From the NCBI RefSeq assembly GCF_021028975.2, contig NC_059428.1:558001-622000 (forward strand): a DNA stretch of 64,000 nucleotides, given 5' to 3'. A program made the position numbers and the translations under genes. The notes below the pieces were generated by a model. The model worked only from the letters and a program-made list of their open reading frames with translations. It was not told where the DNA came from and did not search any database. Shown one piece after another: positions 12,106 to 25,549 of this stretch. Position 1 is the first letter of the stretch. Every line of letters starts with the position of its first letter. Source of the DNA: Sphaerodactylus townsendi (taxonomy: Eukaryota).

Positions 12106-13194
12106 CTGGGGGAAAAAGAAAGGTGCTAGATGAATCTCAGCCCCCAGCCAGCCAGCCAGCCAGCCAGCCCACGCGCCCAAGAGAAAGCTGGGAGCAGGCG
12201 GGTCCTGTAGGCAGCTACAGCAACAAAAATTCCTCTAGAACTTCAGTCCTAAGTGGCTCCAATAAAAGAGGTGCTCTGAGCTACCTGGTGCTCTGCCCAC
12301 TACGGGTACCTGCCTAGCACCAATGTGCTTTCCCTGCCCAGGTCAGGAGTGGCTACCGCCAGGCCTGTCCCGTCTGACCAGTGGAGGCCACTCGCTGGAG
12401 AGACCGCTGCTGGGACAGGAGGGACCGCTGCTAATGTATGTGGACTGGATGAAAGAAGCTCGAGTCAATGAAGAAATATGGGAGAAGAGGCTACAGAGAA
12501 TGAACTTACTGCTGTTTGTGTGACAAAACTATGAGGAAGATGAAATGGGGGGGGGAGGGAGAAAAGGGGGAAAACGTATCGTGTGAAAATGTATGAAGAA
12601 GGAAATGACTATAAACTGTAAAATTCAAATGATACAATAAAAAAATTTTTTAGAAGGAGAGAGCACTGCTGTGTGCCATTGTGGAGACACAAGTACTGTG
12701 TCCAGGTCCCTGCAGGGAGGGAAATGGGGTGGGCCAGAGTGGGGGCTGTTTTGGATTGATTGAGTGGCAGCCTAGGGGGCCCACCTGGGGGGGGCACATT
12801 CACAGCCCTGGTCAGCTGTGGAGTCCCTTGAGGACATTGGGTTGGTGACTTTTTCTTATCTAATTGACCTCGCAGGGATGTTGTGGGAGCAAAATGAAAG
12901 AAGGGAAGAGCCACTTATGCCTCTGTGAGCTCCTTCAGACAAAGGGCTGAGGGAAAATGCAGTAGATAAACAGCTCAGACTCAACCCTGCCCTTCTAGCC
13001 CAGGCAACTGCCTCCAATAGTTGACAAACAGACATCTCTGAGAGGCCAAAAAGGAGGGGTCAAAGGCCCAACAGCTGGCATTTGGAGTAGACGGCCTACA
13101 AATATGGAGCTATTCTAGCTAAAAGCCACTGCTGCTCTGCTTTTAAAATGTGCATCTGTGAGAAAATCCTCAGGAGGACTTGCACACATCAATC

Positions 13195-13335
13195 AAATCA
13201 TAGAGTTGAAAGTGGCCTCAAAGGCCATCTAGTCCAGCCCTCATTCAATGCAGGGCCAGCCTAAAGCATCCCTGACAGGAGCATTCCTCCAGCTGTTGTT
13301 TGAAGGCTGCCAGAGAGGGGGAGCTCACCGCCCCC
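13195..13335 (-). mobile_element. Old CR1 LINE 3' UTR fragment
   Basis: atcatagagttg..ggccatctagtcca..gggggagctcacc is typical of reptile CR1 3' ends. Confidence 0.6.
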
Positions 13336-14373
13336 CGGAGCAACATAAAAGAAGCAAGACATAAAAATGCAACACTTATATATGCAACTCTATGAAAATG
13401 CAGCACTTTATCAATCAGCAGCAGGAGGCCCTTGCTTCAAACCCTGAGGGTGGAACGTGGCACCTGTGGAGGCCCAAGAGGAAGATCTCCATTCGCAGGA
13501 AGATCTGTGTGGCAGAAGATCCCTTCAAAGGCCCCACATTTTACCTGAAACCAAATTGGCCACCAACGCAAGTCTTTTGTGAGGCCAGCCCTGCAGTCTG
13601 GTCACCACAGTCTGAACATTTCAAGGGCTGCTCCATATACAGGTCACATGCCCCCGGGCACCACCCATTTGATCATGTGGGGGGCACAAAATCATGCCCC
13701 CCACATGATTAAGCTGCTGGGCTCCCCACCTCTATCAAAGGCCATGCCTGCCTTGCTGGAGCAGCAGCAGCCTCTGATGCCCTGCCGGCCTGCTATGTGC
13801 TCCTCAACTCGAGGAGCACCCGGCTGGCTCACAGCCAGCTCACAGCCCAGCGCCGGCTGCTGCCACCCTCCCACCTCCACCGGAGGCTGCGCCTGGGGGT
13901 GGCAGCTTGATCACACGAGGGGCACAATTTTGCTGTGTGTGTATGCAAAATAAGGTCTTGCCCCGGGATCCATTATCCACCGATATGCCTCTGACAGTGA
14001 GTGCAGCAGGCAAGCAGTGCGTGGGGAGCGGTTCGTGTGCCTCACGAGGAGGCCAGGGTTCCCATCACTGACCTGCCATGGGCTTTTGCTGGGTGACCTT
14101 GGGATTGTTGTAAAAATGAAATGGAGGTGAGGAGAATTATGCAAGAGGCTCTGAGTCTTCATTGGGGAGAAGTAAAATGACCCGTCCTCTCTCTTCCCAT
14201 TCGCCATTCGGTTTCCTCAGTGCAGACTGACCCAGCAGTATCCCCCCCCCACCACCACCACTCCGGAATCTTGTGGCTGCAGGACGAGTGCCCGTGAAGG
14301 AACTCCCGGAGGGCTTCCCTTGGAGAGGGGCAGGGCCAGCAGGCTTGTGCCCGAGGGCTTCTGTGCCACTCAC

Positions 14374-14570
14374 CAGCTTGGCCATTTTGGCTTTTGGTTC
14401 CCTCCCTTCGGAGCTGGGGGGGGCTCCAGGGCTGCGAGTGACGTCTGTGCCGGGGACCGTCCTCTTCAGGCAGAAGGAGACCTTGTACGGTTCTGCGCTC
14501 TTGAGGATCTGCAGGGCATCTTCGTACTTCATGTTGTCAAAATAAACCCTGGCACTCAGGAGCTGGTCTC
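14374..14570 (-). CDS. PRX: Periaxin PDZ exon (second half)
   Basis: ctgcag|GA GAC CAG..; [45 protein letters not shown]|gtgagt; 197 bp. Confidence 0.95.
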
Positions 14571-14980
14571 CTGCAGAGGGGAGGAGGGAGAGGGGTTGGG
14601 GGGAGCTGGGGAGGCCTTTGGAGACGGGCCTGCACGTCTGCAGTGCCCACTTTGGGTCTGATCACAAAAAAGGCAACAGGAAATGGGGCAAAGACCTCAA
14701 GTGCCAGAACCATGGGAAGGCCCAGCTGCATTGAACTGATGGGCAGTCTGCCCTATTCCCTCCTTCCTGGAGGCAGCTGGGAGGGGGGAGGGGCCGTGCT
14801 CACAGTCACTCGAGTCCAGAAACACCGGCCATAGAGTCCACCCTCCACAGCAGCCATTTTCTCCAAGGAAACTGACCACTTTCGTCTAGAGATCAGTGGT
14901 AATAGGAGGAGATCTCCGAGCCTCACCTGGTGGTTGGCAACCCTAGAGCCCCACCCCACCCGCCGTTCCCCCTCCCTTAC

Positions 14981-15140
14981 CTTCTCTGAGGCTGAAGGCG
15001 TGGGCGGCTGGGGAGCCTTTCAGTACATCCTTGATGAAAAGGCCTTGCCTCCCCCCTCCAGCCACGCTGACCCCACTGACCCCGGCCTCGGCCTCTGTCT
15101 CCACTATGATCTCCAGGAGTTCAGACTTCTCAGTGGCCTT
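14981..15140 (-). CDS. PRX: Periaxin PDZ exon (first half)
   Basis: cctccag|AAG; [54 protein letters not shown]|gtaagg; phase 1 fits the next exon. Confidence 0.95.
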
Positions 15141-15272
15141 CTGGAGGAAAACAAGAGACAAGGAAGATGGGGGCGCCCCACGTCAGAGCAGCTCCAACGT
15201 CCCCGAGGGTCAGAGTGGCATTTGGCATCTCCAGGTCAGCCCCACGGTCATCGAAGACACTGCCAGCCTCAC

Positions 15273-15407
15273 CTCCATCTTGGGCAGCTGCGCCTCCATC
15301 CCCAAGGCAGCCTGGGGTTCCTCCGTGGCCTCTTCGGAGCTGGGCCGGCCGGCCGCCTTCCTATGCAGAACCCACTTCAGCTCCGCATGGAGCCTCTCCT
15401 TCTGGGC
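15273..15407 (-). CDS. PRX: Periaxin exon containing the canonical start (ATG 15299, MEAQLPKME); open in frame back to its acceptor
   Basis: ccctttcag|GCC..ATG GAG|gtgagg; 9 codons from ATG to donor, like human MEARSRSAE; 135 bp with no stop. Confidence 0.85.
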
Positions 15408-15854
15408 CTGAAAGGGGACGGGGCTGGGGGGTCAGAGGTCAGGGCAAGTCAGCTCAGCTGTCCCTGCTGGCCTCTCGGGTCAGTCCGTCGTATCAAGGTG
15501 CTCAAGCAGTATTTGCTGAAGTCTCCAACCTATCCCTCTGCAGAGAACTATGCTAAGCAAGGGAAACCGTTTGAGTGTAAAATGGGAGACTGTCAGAAGA
15601 AGCACGTCCAGCCTCTGTTCTGCGGGATCCACAGCCAGCAGCACAGCCCCTCTGGAGCGCAACTGGGGCAGAGACCCCTTTTTCCTACTCCCTTGAATCA
15701 TGTGGACAGATGTCCACCTTTGCTCAAAAAGCAGCACCTGAAGAACAGCCCCCCTTCCCCATGAATGAAAATGACACCAGTGGCCCCGCCAGGGAACCAC
15801 CACCCCATGTTTCGCACCAGTGTCTTCTACAGCCCCGTCCCCCAAGCAACTTAC

Positions 15855-15953
15855 AGCTCGGCCTGGGTCAGCAGCTTCCTCTGGGGACGAGGGTGGGTGT
15901 AGGCCTGTGGTCTGGACCTGAGCAGGCAGCTCGTCCCTTTTCAGCTCAGCTAC
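15855..15953 (-). CDS. PRX: Candidate upstream PRX exon (99 bp, phase 0-0, VAELKRDELPAQ..DPGRA)
   Basis: Pyrimidine tract plus cttgcag| acceptor, GCT|gtaagt donor, in frame with the next exon. Confidence 0.55.
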
Positions 15954-18871
15954 CTGCAAGACCAGGAGGAGGGAGGGAAGAGTAGAAGGTGACTGCAAGG
16001 CCCCCCTCCCCCCATCCCGAGATCCTGCCGGGATCCTGTCCACCCGGCAGGCCTCCTCGCCCTTATTCGCTCAGCAGTGCTGTGCCCGCACAAGCAGCGC
16101 CGCCTTGTGCCATGTCAGTCTACTGGGGTACACCAGAGATGTGGGGGGGGGGGTGGCACCTGCTCCGGGCACCCCCGTGTTCTCCCTGTGCCCCACTTAC
16201 CCCTCACCCCGCCCCACCAGGCTGCTCCTTCAGCCAGTGAAGGCTTTGCTGGCTGAAGGATCTGCCGGGGGGGAGGGGGGCAATTCTCCTCCCCCCACGT
16301 GACCAGCTGATATGCACTCAGGGACAGGTGGCCCCTCATGTCCCCGTGAGTGCTCCACCTCTGGGGCACACCGAGGTCAGCGCCGTCTGCTCAGGCTCCA
16401 GGGTCTCAGGCAGACACCCTCCACGTCACCCTTTGACAGGAGCTGCTGCTGGGAACTGAGCCTGGGGTCTGCCGTGTGCCCAGCAGGGCCACCCTAACTG
16501 CTGAAGCACAAAGCACATGTCTTGCTGCCCCACACGGCATCTCTGAGCATCACAGCATCACGTGTCCAGCCAGCCACTCCAACAGGCAAGCTGTGGGTCA
16601 GGTAAAGGGCCCAATGGAAGCAGTTCTGGAAAACCGTCACAAAACCAGGGGCAGGCCCAGGTGGACCCAACGCTGCTCTCTTCCGCGGAAGGGCTGGGCT
16701 CAGAGTGGGGTCTGGAGTGCCGCCCTTTCCCCACCTGGGAGGCGGCAGCGGCAGCAGCAACTTGGCCATTCCACAAAACCCATCTTGGTTCTGCCTGGAC
16801 TGGCTCCCTCGCCCGCCCGCCCGCCCCCCCCCCCCCGGCACAGTGGCTGGGTCTGTGTGGACGATGAGCTGTCCTTCTCTCAGCTTGTGGAGCAGACATG
16901 ACCTTCAGTCTGCCCCCACCCCCACTGAAAGAGGTTGCAAAGCACCCAAGGGGCAGCGGCCCCGCATGGCACTATGGAGCGGCGGGGGGAGGGGGGCTGT
17001 AGCTGCTTACGGGTACTTGATGCCTGGTCCTGCTCACGTGGCTTCCTGGTGCAGCTGTGGAAACAAGGCAGCTGGTTAATTAATTGCTTTCCTGGACTTC
17101 TGGCTGTGCTGTGACTCCCCCCTCCTTCCCTCCGTGCCCCAGGACATCCTCTGGCCCCAAGAGGATGGACGCACGTAGCACAGGGTCAGGGCGTGGGTGC
17201 ATGCCTCACTCAGGAAGTTGTGGGGCCTTCAGTAGGTGATACCCACACTGCCCTCCTTTCTGCAGAAGCCCCATGGAAACGAAGCACCCCATTTGACTCT
17301 GTGGGTCTTAATTTTTACAAGTTGCCTTTCTGTGACAAGGCCTCATCACAGAATGGCAGCCGCCTGACCCAAGTTCTTGGTGAAAGGATGGTGCTCTCGG
17401 AAAGCTCACCAAACAGGCGCACTGGCTCTACCCATCTTCCTGGGCCACTGGCAGACTGTCTTGGAATAAGGAACTACTGGTAGGGCTTTTTGCTAGCCCT
17501 CCACCTTGTATGCCTCAAGTCCTGATCTCCCACCCACCCACCCCGCCCAAACCCTTCTTCCTCTGCTGGCAACCCAGTTCAGCCCCCTCTGAGCAACAGC
17601 AGCGGCACAGACACTCCGCCCAGAGGATGGGCAGCATTTCATTCCCACATTCGCTGGGGCTCCAAAGACCCACGCTGGGCCATTCCCCGAAAGGTCACTG
17701 CTCCCTGCCGCACCCTGCAGACAAAGGGAGGCTGCATCTCAGCAAAGCCTGTGGGGACATAGCGGGCATTCTTGGCCCCATTCCAAGACACCTCCTCACA
17801 GCATGGCAGGAGGAGCACAGACTGGCAACCCCCCCCCCCCCACGCACACCATTGAACTGAAAGGGGGTCATACCTCCCGGGGGGCACTTTCCAGCTGTGA
17901 TCAATCAATGGCTGTGAGCCATGCTGGAGAAAAAGGGAGCCCAGATGCAGGTGACAAAGGCTGTGGGGCCACATGCCCCCCCGCCCCCCCCCCCCGGCCA
18001 GGCCCCGGGCTCTCCCATTCAGGGGTCCTTCATCACCCGAGGCCAGAAGAGCTGAAGGGAGCCCTTCCCCAGAAGGCCGCCTCCGAGGGCCACTGGCATC
18101 TCTCCTTGTGTCCGTGGCGCCAGACGCTGCAGGGACTGAGAGGAAGCAGCCAGGTCCCCCCGATCTTTCTCCCTGTTGAAACCCACATTTTGATCCATCA
18201 GCGCTCCCTGCTCTCCACCACCATCTGCACCAGAGACACCGGCCACGCAGGGCTTCCCTGGTTGGTCCTGGAGTCCAGGCAGGAGAGCAGCTGCAGCTCA
18301 AAGTGAAGGGTGAAGTCACCTGGGCTGCAGGTGACAGTAGCAGGAATTCCCTCTGCCTGCCATCCTTTCCCCCCCCCCCCCCCGTGCAGAATGCTGCTGA
18401 CCAGCTCCCACTCTCCAGTGGACAATCAGTCACTTGTCTCTCTCCGGCCTGGCAGCTGCAGGGCGAGCGTGCCGGGCATTCTGTCAGCTCAGCAGGCGGG
18501 AGGCCTGGAGGTGCCCCTACGCAAGGTGGCCAGGCTCGGGGGGGGGGGGGGGGCAACTGAGGAAGCTGCCCCAGAGGACTGGGCATCACAGGGGCTCCCA
18601 GCCAGGGGGCCACAGTGAACCTCCGCATCCGAAGGCTGCCAGCTACCGTGTGTCACTGCGAGGAGGCGCAGGCCAGCCCCAGAGGCCCTCCCTGTGCAGT
18701 GACCACCCGTGTGAGAGAGAGATGCCAGAGGGGTGGGAATCTCAGCAGCCTCAGATCCACTCCCTCCTGCGGCCCAAATCCTGCACATGCAAAACCAGAA
18801 GGCAGCCCTACTTTGCTCAGGGGGTCTTACTTCCAGGGAAGCATGCATAAGATTGGAGTCTTGATTACACT

Positions 18872-19075
18872 GGCAGTGTAGTGCAGTGGTTAGAGTGGGC
18901 AAGACCTAGGTTCAAATCACCACATTGTCATAGAAGATCTTCTTCTGCCAGTTGCTCTCTCTCTCTCTCTCTGCTAAACCTACATCACAGGGACGTTGTT
19001 GAGGATGCCTTGAAGGAAGGGAGGCCCATGAACACTGCTTTGAGATCCATGGAAGGAGGGCAGGATTCTAAAATA
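18872..19075 (+). mobile_element. Diverged Squam3/MIR-like SINE
   Basis: GTGCAGTGGTTAGAGTG..GGTTCAAATC A/B boxes followed by CTACATCACAGGG..GTTGTTGAGGAT. Confidence 0.5.
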
Positions 19076-20862
19076 TGTGCCTGAGGGATTGATTGATCTC
19101 TGGGTGGCTGTGCAAGTGCCAGAGAGGGACAGGCCTTTTGCAGAGAGAGGGGAAAGGAAGTTCTGTCTGTCGTGGCCCATTCACACATTCTTGCAATTGC
19201 TCTGTGTGTGGAGCGTGTGGCCACATGAGCCAGCCAGGCAGGGCAGATTCCGACGACCAAAACTAGCACCTCTGCTGCCCTTTGGGAGGTTGGCTCAAGG
19301 CCAAAGCTTGGCTGAAAGTGGAGCTGGAAGCTGACAGGCATGTCCTGGGAGGGGGAAGCAGAAAAGGGGTCGCTCAGCCAAAGGAAAGGTGAATGTGGGC
19401 CCCACCCACAGATGAGACCCTTCACACACACAAACGGGAAAGAGGAGAGGAAATGGCCTCCCCACTTGCAAAAAAAAAACCTTGAACAGAGGAACCTTTG
19501 GGGGCTCATTTCCTTCCACTATTGTTCAACACAGTTCACAAAGAAGTGTGTGTGTATGGGGGTGGGGGGTGGGGAATACAAGTGATTTGAGCAGCTCCAG
19601 AGTTGCGGCTGCATTGGGCGGGGTGTGGTGGTGGCTGAAATTCCATCTTGAACTGTCCAAGGAGCAGCCCTCAATAGACCTGACAGGATGCATCATTGCC
19701 AGGGCTCTCAAGGGAGGGTGAAGTGGGAGCAACAACTTGATTGACTGATTAATTCATTGTGTGGCAAAGCACCACTGTGACCACCCAGGCACTGTTCATT
19801 CACCGAAGGAGGCTGGCAGCACTCCTGGCACACGCCACGGGGCATTCTGCCACTTTGCAGCACATTTCGAGGCTGTTTGCAAGGCCAGAATGGCTCCAGT
19901 TCTGCAAATGAGTGGGACAGGGAGGGAAGCTATTTATTTCAAACATTTTTGTGCTGACTTTCCACCTCATCAGGGTCTCCAAGGTGGCAAATGTAAAAAC
20001 ATTTGAACAATTAAAAACAGCACTTAAAACAATAAAATAATTAAATAAAATCACATAAACAAACCACACTAGAAACAGGGAGGAAGAGGGCCAATAATGG
20101 TAGTGGAGCTCGACCAAACGCAACAAAAAAGTCTTCATCCTCTGGGAAACATAGGACTATCCCTAAGAAGGGAGTTCCTAAGTTGGCATTCACAGGGCAT
20201 AGGACACCCCCCCCCAAAGTGTTGGGGCCCTCTGTGGTTCAGAACCTACTTATTCTTCCCTGCACTTGAGAGGGGACTGGTCCCCCTGTGCCCCCCCCCC
20301 CCCCCGCATTCTGTTTCTTGGCCAAGAATTTCTCCCTGGGCTGCCTCTGTCACCAGTTCAGGCACCTCCTTCCTGGGTGTGACCAGATACTCTTTCAGGC
20401 AGTCTTTGGAACACTTTTAAAAACAGTAACAGCAGCAAAGATTTGCTGAGCTTCTTTCCTGCTCTCAAGATATCTGCTGCTATGAAACCCTGGAAAAATT
20501 GCAGAGTGGCGGTTTGTGCCCATTAAGCTCAAATTCAAGGCTGTACACCTGGAAACCCCAGGCCAAACCGGCCCCTGCCCCTGGGGTTGAGGGTTGTTGT
20601 TTATGGCAGCAGGCGAAGGCAGTGGAGAAAAGATGGCCCTGGCACCAAGTCGTTTCCTGTTTTCCTGTCATTTCTTGTTGAGACCCCCCTCAAAACAGTC
20701 AGCCCCACTGCAAGTAGTTGCTCCACCCAGCACCTCAACAGATCTGCAGTGCTCAAAGCTCTGCAGGGGCAGCCGTGGACGGGGCTGGAACACACAGCAC
20801 TGCCTCAAGAGCATCTTTGGCCTCATGAACCTCCTCATAGGACCTCCAAGCCCACTTGGCCC

Positions 20863-20865
<3 letters not shown>

Positions 20866-20898
<33 letters not shown>
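20866..20898. repeat. (ATTT)n repeat
   Basis: Seen directly. Confidence 0.9.
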
Positions 20899-23349
20899 TA
20901 TTTTAGGCTTTTATACCACCCCATCCCCGGAGGGCTCATGTGGTGCTCTCAGGTGTCATGTGTGGGGCAAGGAGCCCCATGAAGCCTCAGCCCAGCTAAG
21001 AAGTTCTTTGGCCAAGGTCCCCATCAGCGGATGCCACCCACGGCTCACCTCAAGCTCTCCCCCTCTCTGAAGCAGACCAGAGGGCGCCAGTTAAAGAACT
21101 GGCCAAATGACAACACTCCCACTCCACACCTCCCTGGGCTCAAGGACGGCCTCGGCCTCCAGCTGCACCCTTCCTCCTGCGCCAGCCCAGCTCTCGCCAA
21201 TCCTCCGTTGGCCCAGACTTTTGAAAGCCAGTCCCCTGAAACTTGTGTTGCTCTCTGACTGGACTCAAATCCAAGGGCTCAACCTGCTAAACCACCATGC
21301 CTATTTGGCTGCCTAAGAAACTGGACTCCCAGCTAAACTAGCCACTTCCTTTCCCCTTCACAACCACAGTTGTCACCATGGCACCATGGTGATGGGGCAC
21401 TGCCAGCTGGCCCTTGCAGAAGCTCAGCTGGTCTGTCCGGGGGAGGGGCTGCCAATGGCCTGACACTAAACCCACCGAGAGCAACCAGCAGGGCCCTTGA
21501 GGGTGCAAAGCAGCCTCTGTTCTTCAGGCTAGAAAAAGAGGTTTACTGCACTGAGACTGAGAGCAGCTGGCCGTAGCTGGATGGCCGTCTGAACCGGGGC
21601 TAGTTTCTGGTGCGAGAGGGAAGGGATCCAGTCTGTGAGAAGAGGCTCCGCAACCCTTCCCAGCCTGGGGCTGAGCTCGGCTAAGATGGGCTGTGGCCAA
21701 CAATGGAGGGAAGGAAAACAACCATCAGCTCCTTTCCTGCTCGGACAGGACAGGACGGGTGGGAGAGAAACCCAACATCCTCTTGAATGCAAAGGAAGTT
21801 TTAAGCCTGACATTCCAGAGCCAAGAAGGGGGCCATTTTCTCAAAGCACGAGAGGCGGCCCGTGTGGGCGGGGGTGGGGCTGAAGGCTGCAGCCCTGCTG
21901 GGACCAGCACTAATGAACCTGGAGGGCCTGAGGTGGAGAAGCCCGAAAGCATAAGCCGGGAGCTCCAGCCTCTCCTCTGAGAGCCCCCCCCCCAGCCCCC
22001 AGCTGGGGCCCCAGCAGCACCTCTCTGCTTAGCAGCACAGCTCCAGAGGACAGCAGGATGGGAGGGGGTGGCCAGTGCGGTGCAATAGTCAGGGGTGTTT
22101 GACTCGGCCACGAGGATCTGGGAGACCCAAGCATGAATCGCCACTCTGCCATGGAAGCTTGCAGAGTGACGTTGGGTTGTGAGGCAGAAATGGAGAATAT
22201 AAGAATGATGTAAGTCTCTTTGGGCCCTATGTGGGGGCTCCAAGATCTCTCTGAGAGGTAGAGGTACTGGAAGGTCTTTAGGAGGGGTGTGAGGAGGGGT
22301 CCTTTCTCCCCACAACAGAAATAAGGCAGGATTCTTCTCAGCCAAGGAGTGGTTGGGCTCTGCCAGGGAGCAGAGGGGGCAAGTGCAGAGAAGACCCGGA
22401 CCCACCCAGTGGGCACAACCCTGGCCCCTCTCTCACCAGAAGGTGCATGTTAGAAACTGAGGCAGCTCAATGCTTGCGAGCTCTGCCCATCCCCCATTAG
22501 GCTCTCCTGTCTCTCACACAGTGCTTCTCTGCACATCCACACACAAGCAAGACGCCTGGTCCTATGCAGAAAGCCTTAGAAAATGCGAGCCCCCTCCCCC
22601 ATTCTGCTGTTGGAAGGACCTCAGCAGGAAACTCTGCCAAGACTGGCATGGGAGAGCCAGCACGGCCACCCAGAGGGTCAGAAGCCTTCTCTCTTGTGGC
22701 GGCAGAAGTCCCAGGTCCAAAGGGTTGCAGGGAGCCGGGAGCAAGGGCAGCTTCTTCCCACGACCACCCCCTGTGCAGATTTCTGCCCCAGGCAATTTGG
22801 AAATGGGGGGTGGGGAGAGGACAGCAGTTCTGGCTGTGGGAAATCTGGTGCAGCGGGCCTTTGCCCTGTCAAAGCTCACTCCGAGAGCACACTGGAGCCC
22901 CGACCAGCTGGCCAAGGGCCTCTGCCTCTGTCCCGCCTGCCATTGGAAGGTGGCAGAGTTCTTGGCATGGTCAGAGGTGCCTGGGGCCATCAGCCCAGAA
23001 GGTGGGCAATGCCTGCAATGTCTTTGGTGCTTGATTCTAGTGTTTAATTTGAAATGTCTGAAAGCTACTTTGGGTCCCTTGGAAGAAAAAAGTGACAGAA
23101 ATATAAATAAGGCTCTGGAGCGTGGAGGACATGGGCCAGGGTGGCCCCCCCGGTACCCACCCTGAACAACCCACCAGCTGGCAGCAGAAGTAGGGTTGAC
23201 AGATCAGAACAGTGTGCCTGGCTACAGGCTGGTAACCTGACTACAGATCAGACAGGAGCAGCACTGGGAAGACCCCCCCCCCCCAAGACAAAGCCCCCCC
23301 CCCCCAGCACCAGCATCCCCCCTCAGCACAGTCTGCACAATCAAGTGCT

Positions 23350-24590
23350 CATAAGAACATAAGAACAAGCCAGCTGGATCAGACCAAAGTCCATCTAGTC
23401 CAGCTCTCTGCTACTCGCAGTGGCCCACCAGGTGCCTTTGGGAGCTCACATGTAGGATGTGAAAGCAATGGCCTTCTGCGGATGTTGCTCCCGAGCACCT
23501 GGTCTGCTCAGGCATTTGCAATCTCAGATCAAGGAGGATCAAGATTGGTAGCCATAAATCGACATCTCCTCCATAAATCTGTCCAAGCCCCTTTTAAAGC
23601 TATCCAGGTTAGTGGCCATCACCACCTCCTGTGGCAGCATATTCCAAACACCAATCACACGTTGCGTGAAGAAGTGTTTCCTTTTATTAGTCCTAATTCT
23701 TCCCCCCAGCATTTTCAACGAATTGCCCCTGGTTCTAGTATTGTGAGAAAGAGAGAAACATTTCTCTCTGTCAACATTTTCTACCCCATGCATAATTTTG
23801 TAGACTTCAATCATATCCCCCCTCAGCCGCCTCCTCTCCAAACTAAAGAGTCCCAAACGCTGCAGCCTCTCCTCATAGGGAAGGTGCTCCAGTCCCTCAA
23901 TCATCCTTGTTGCCCTTCTCTGCACCTTTTCTTGTTGCCCACCTCTGCACCTCAATATCCTTTTTGAGATGCGGCGACCAGAACTGGACACAGTACTCCA
24001 AGTGCGGTCGCACCACTGCTTTATATAAGGGCATGACAATCTTTGCAGTTTTATTCTCAATTCCTTTTCTAATGATCCCCAGCATAGAGTTTGCCTTTTT
24101 TACAGCTGCCATGCATTGAGTTGACATTCCCATGGAACTATCAACTAAGACGCCCAAATCCCTTTCCTGGTCTGTGAGTGATAGCACTGACCCCTGTAGC
24201 GTGTATGTGAAGTTTGGATTTTTTGCCCCTATGTGCATCACTTTACATTTTAACATTAGACACATTTGCCATTTCTGAGCCCACTCACCTAATTTATCAA
24301 GGTCCGCTTGGAGCTCTTCGCAATCCTTTGTGGTTCTCACCACCCTACATAATTTGGAATCATCTGCAAACTTGGCCACCACACTACCCACCCCTACTTC
24401 CAGGTCATTTATGAATAGGTTAAAGAGCACTGGTCCCAAAACGGATCCTTGGGGGATACCACTCCCTACATCTCTCCATTGTGAGAACTTCCCATTTATA
24501 CCCACCCTTTGTTTCCTGTTCCTCAACCAGTTTTTAATCCATAGGAGGACTTCCCCTCTTATTCCTTCATTGCTCAGTTTTCTCAACAGG
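23350..24590 (-). mobile_element. 5'-truncated CR1 LINE (RT C-terminal part and 3' tail)
   Basis: [52 protein letters not shown]; (CATAAGAA)n tail at 23350. Confidence 0.93.
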
Positions 24591-25549
24591 CTCCTTCTGG
24601 TGGCCCTTGCCTGGAAGCTTCCCAGGGGTCTAGCGGCCACCCACCCACTCCAAGCTCTCCCGCCATGTGCTTTGGGTGCCCCCACCACTTAAGTGGAGGT
24701 CGATGGCTGGCAACTGAGAAAGGTCCTTCTCAGTTCCCAAATTTTGGAACTCCCTCCCAGGAGAGATTAATCTTCCACCAATGGGTGGAGACTTCTTTGT
24801 TTTGGTTGGTATTCTAACTCATTGTTATTAGCCCCCATCCCTATTTGCATGCTTATATGTTTTTAACCATTTTGAACATTTTGTACGAGTATTTTAATGC
24901 ATTGAAATTTTTTGCCTCCATGGGGAAATGAAGTGAATAAAATTAAATAAATAAATAAAAAAGCAGTCCCTGGGCTTTCCTTGAGAAAAGACTGGCCAAG
25001 CTCAAGGCGATCCATTTCTGCCGCTTAACATGGCATCTTCTCTCTGTGGGGAGGGGCAACCAAACAAGGGCACATAAAGAACCCCCCTCCCCTCCCCTCC
25101 CCGGGGCTCTGAGTGCGCTGGCAACACTCCAGGTGAACTGCTGGCCTGGGGTGGGGGTGGGGGTGCGGAGGGGGAATCCGCCCTATTTTATTAATCCCAA
25201 TGATCGTTGCCTGTCTCGTGCTGGTGCGTGACCAAGGGAAACTGGAAGACAAACGATAGCCTGGTCTTCTTCCAGGAATGTCTTGGAGGCCCAAGGCGGG
25301 AGCTCCCGTGTAAAGTTTGGACCCTCAAAGCCTCATGAGGGAGCCCCGGCAGGCAGCACAGACTGTTTGCTTCGCCGAGGCAGGAAAGGCCCCGACCAGC
25401 CCCCTCGAGGAAACGGGGGGGGGGGGGCCTGGCGTGTAGTCTCGAGGCTGCTGGGGCCCTTCCTGCCTTGGCGATGCAAACAGTCAGTGCTGCCTGCCGG
25501 GGCTCCCTCATGAGGCTGCTGGACCATTCGACCCCAGAAGGACCCTCCC

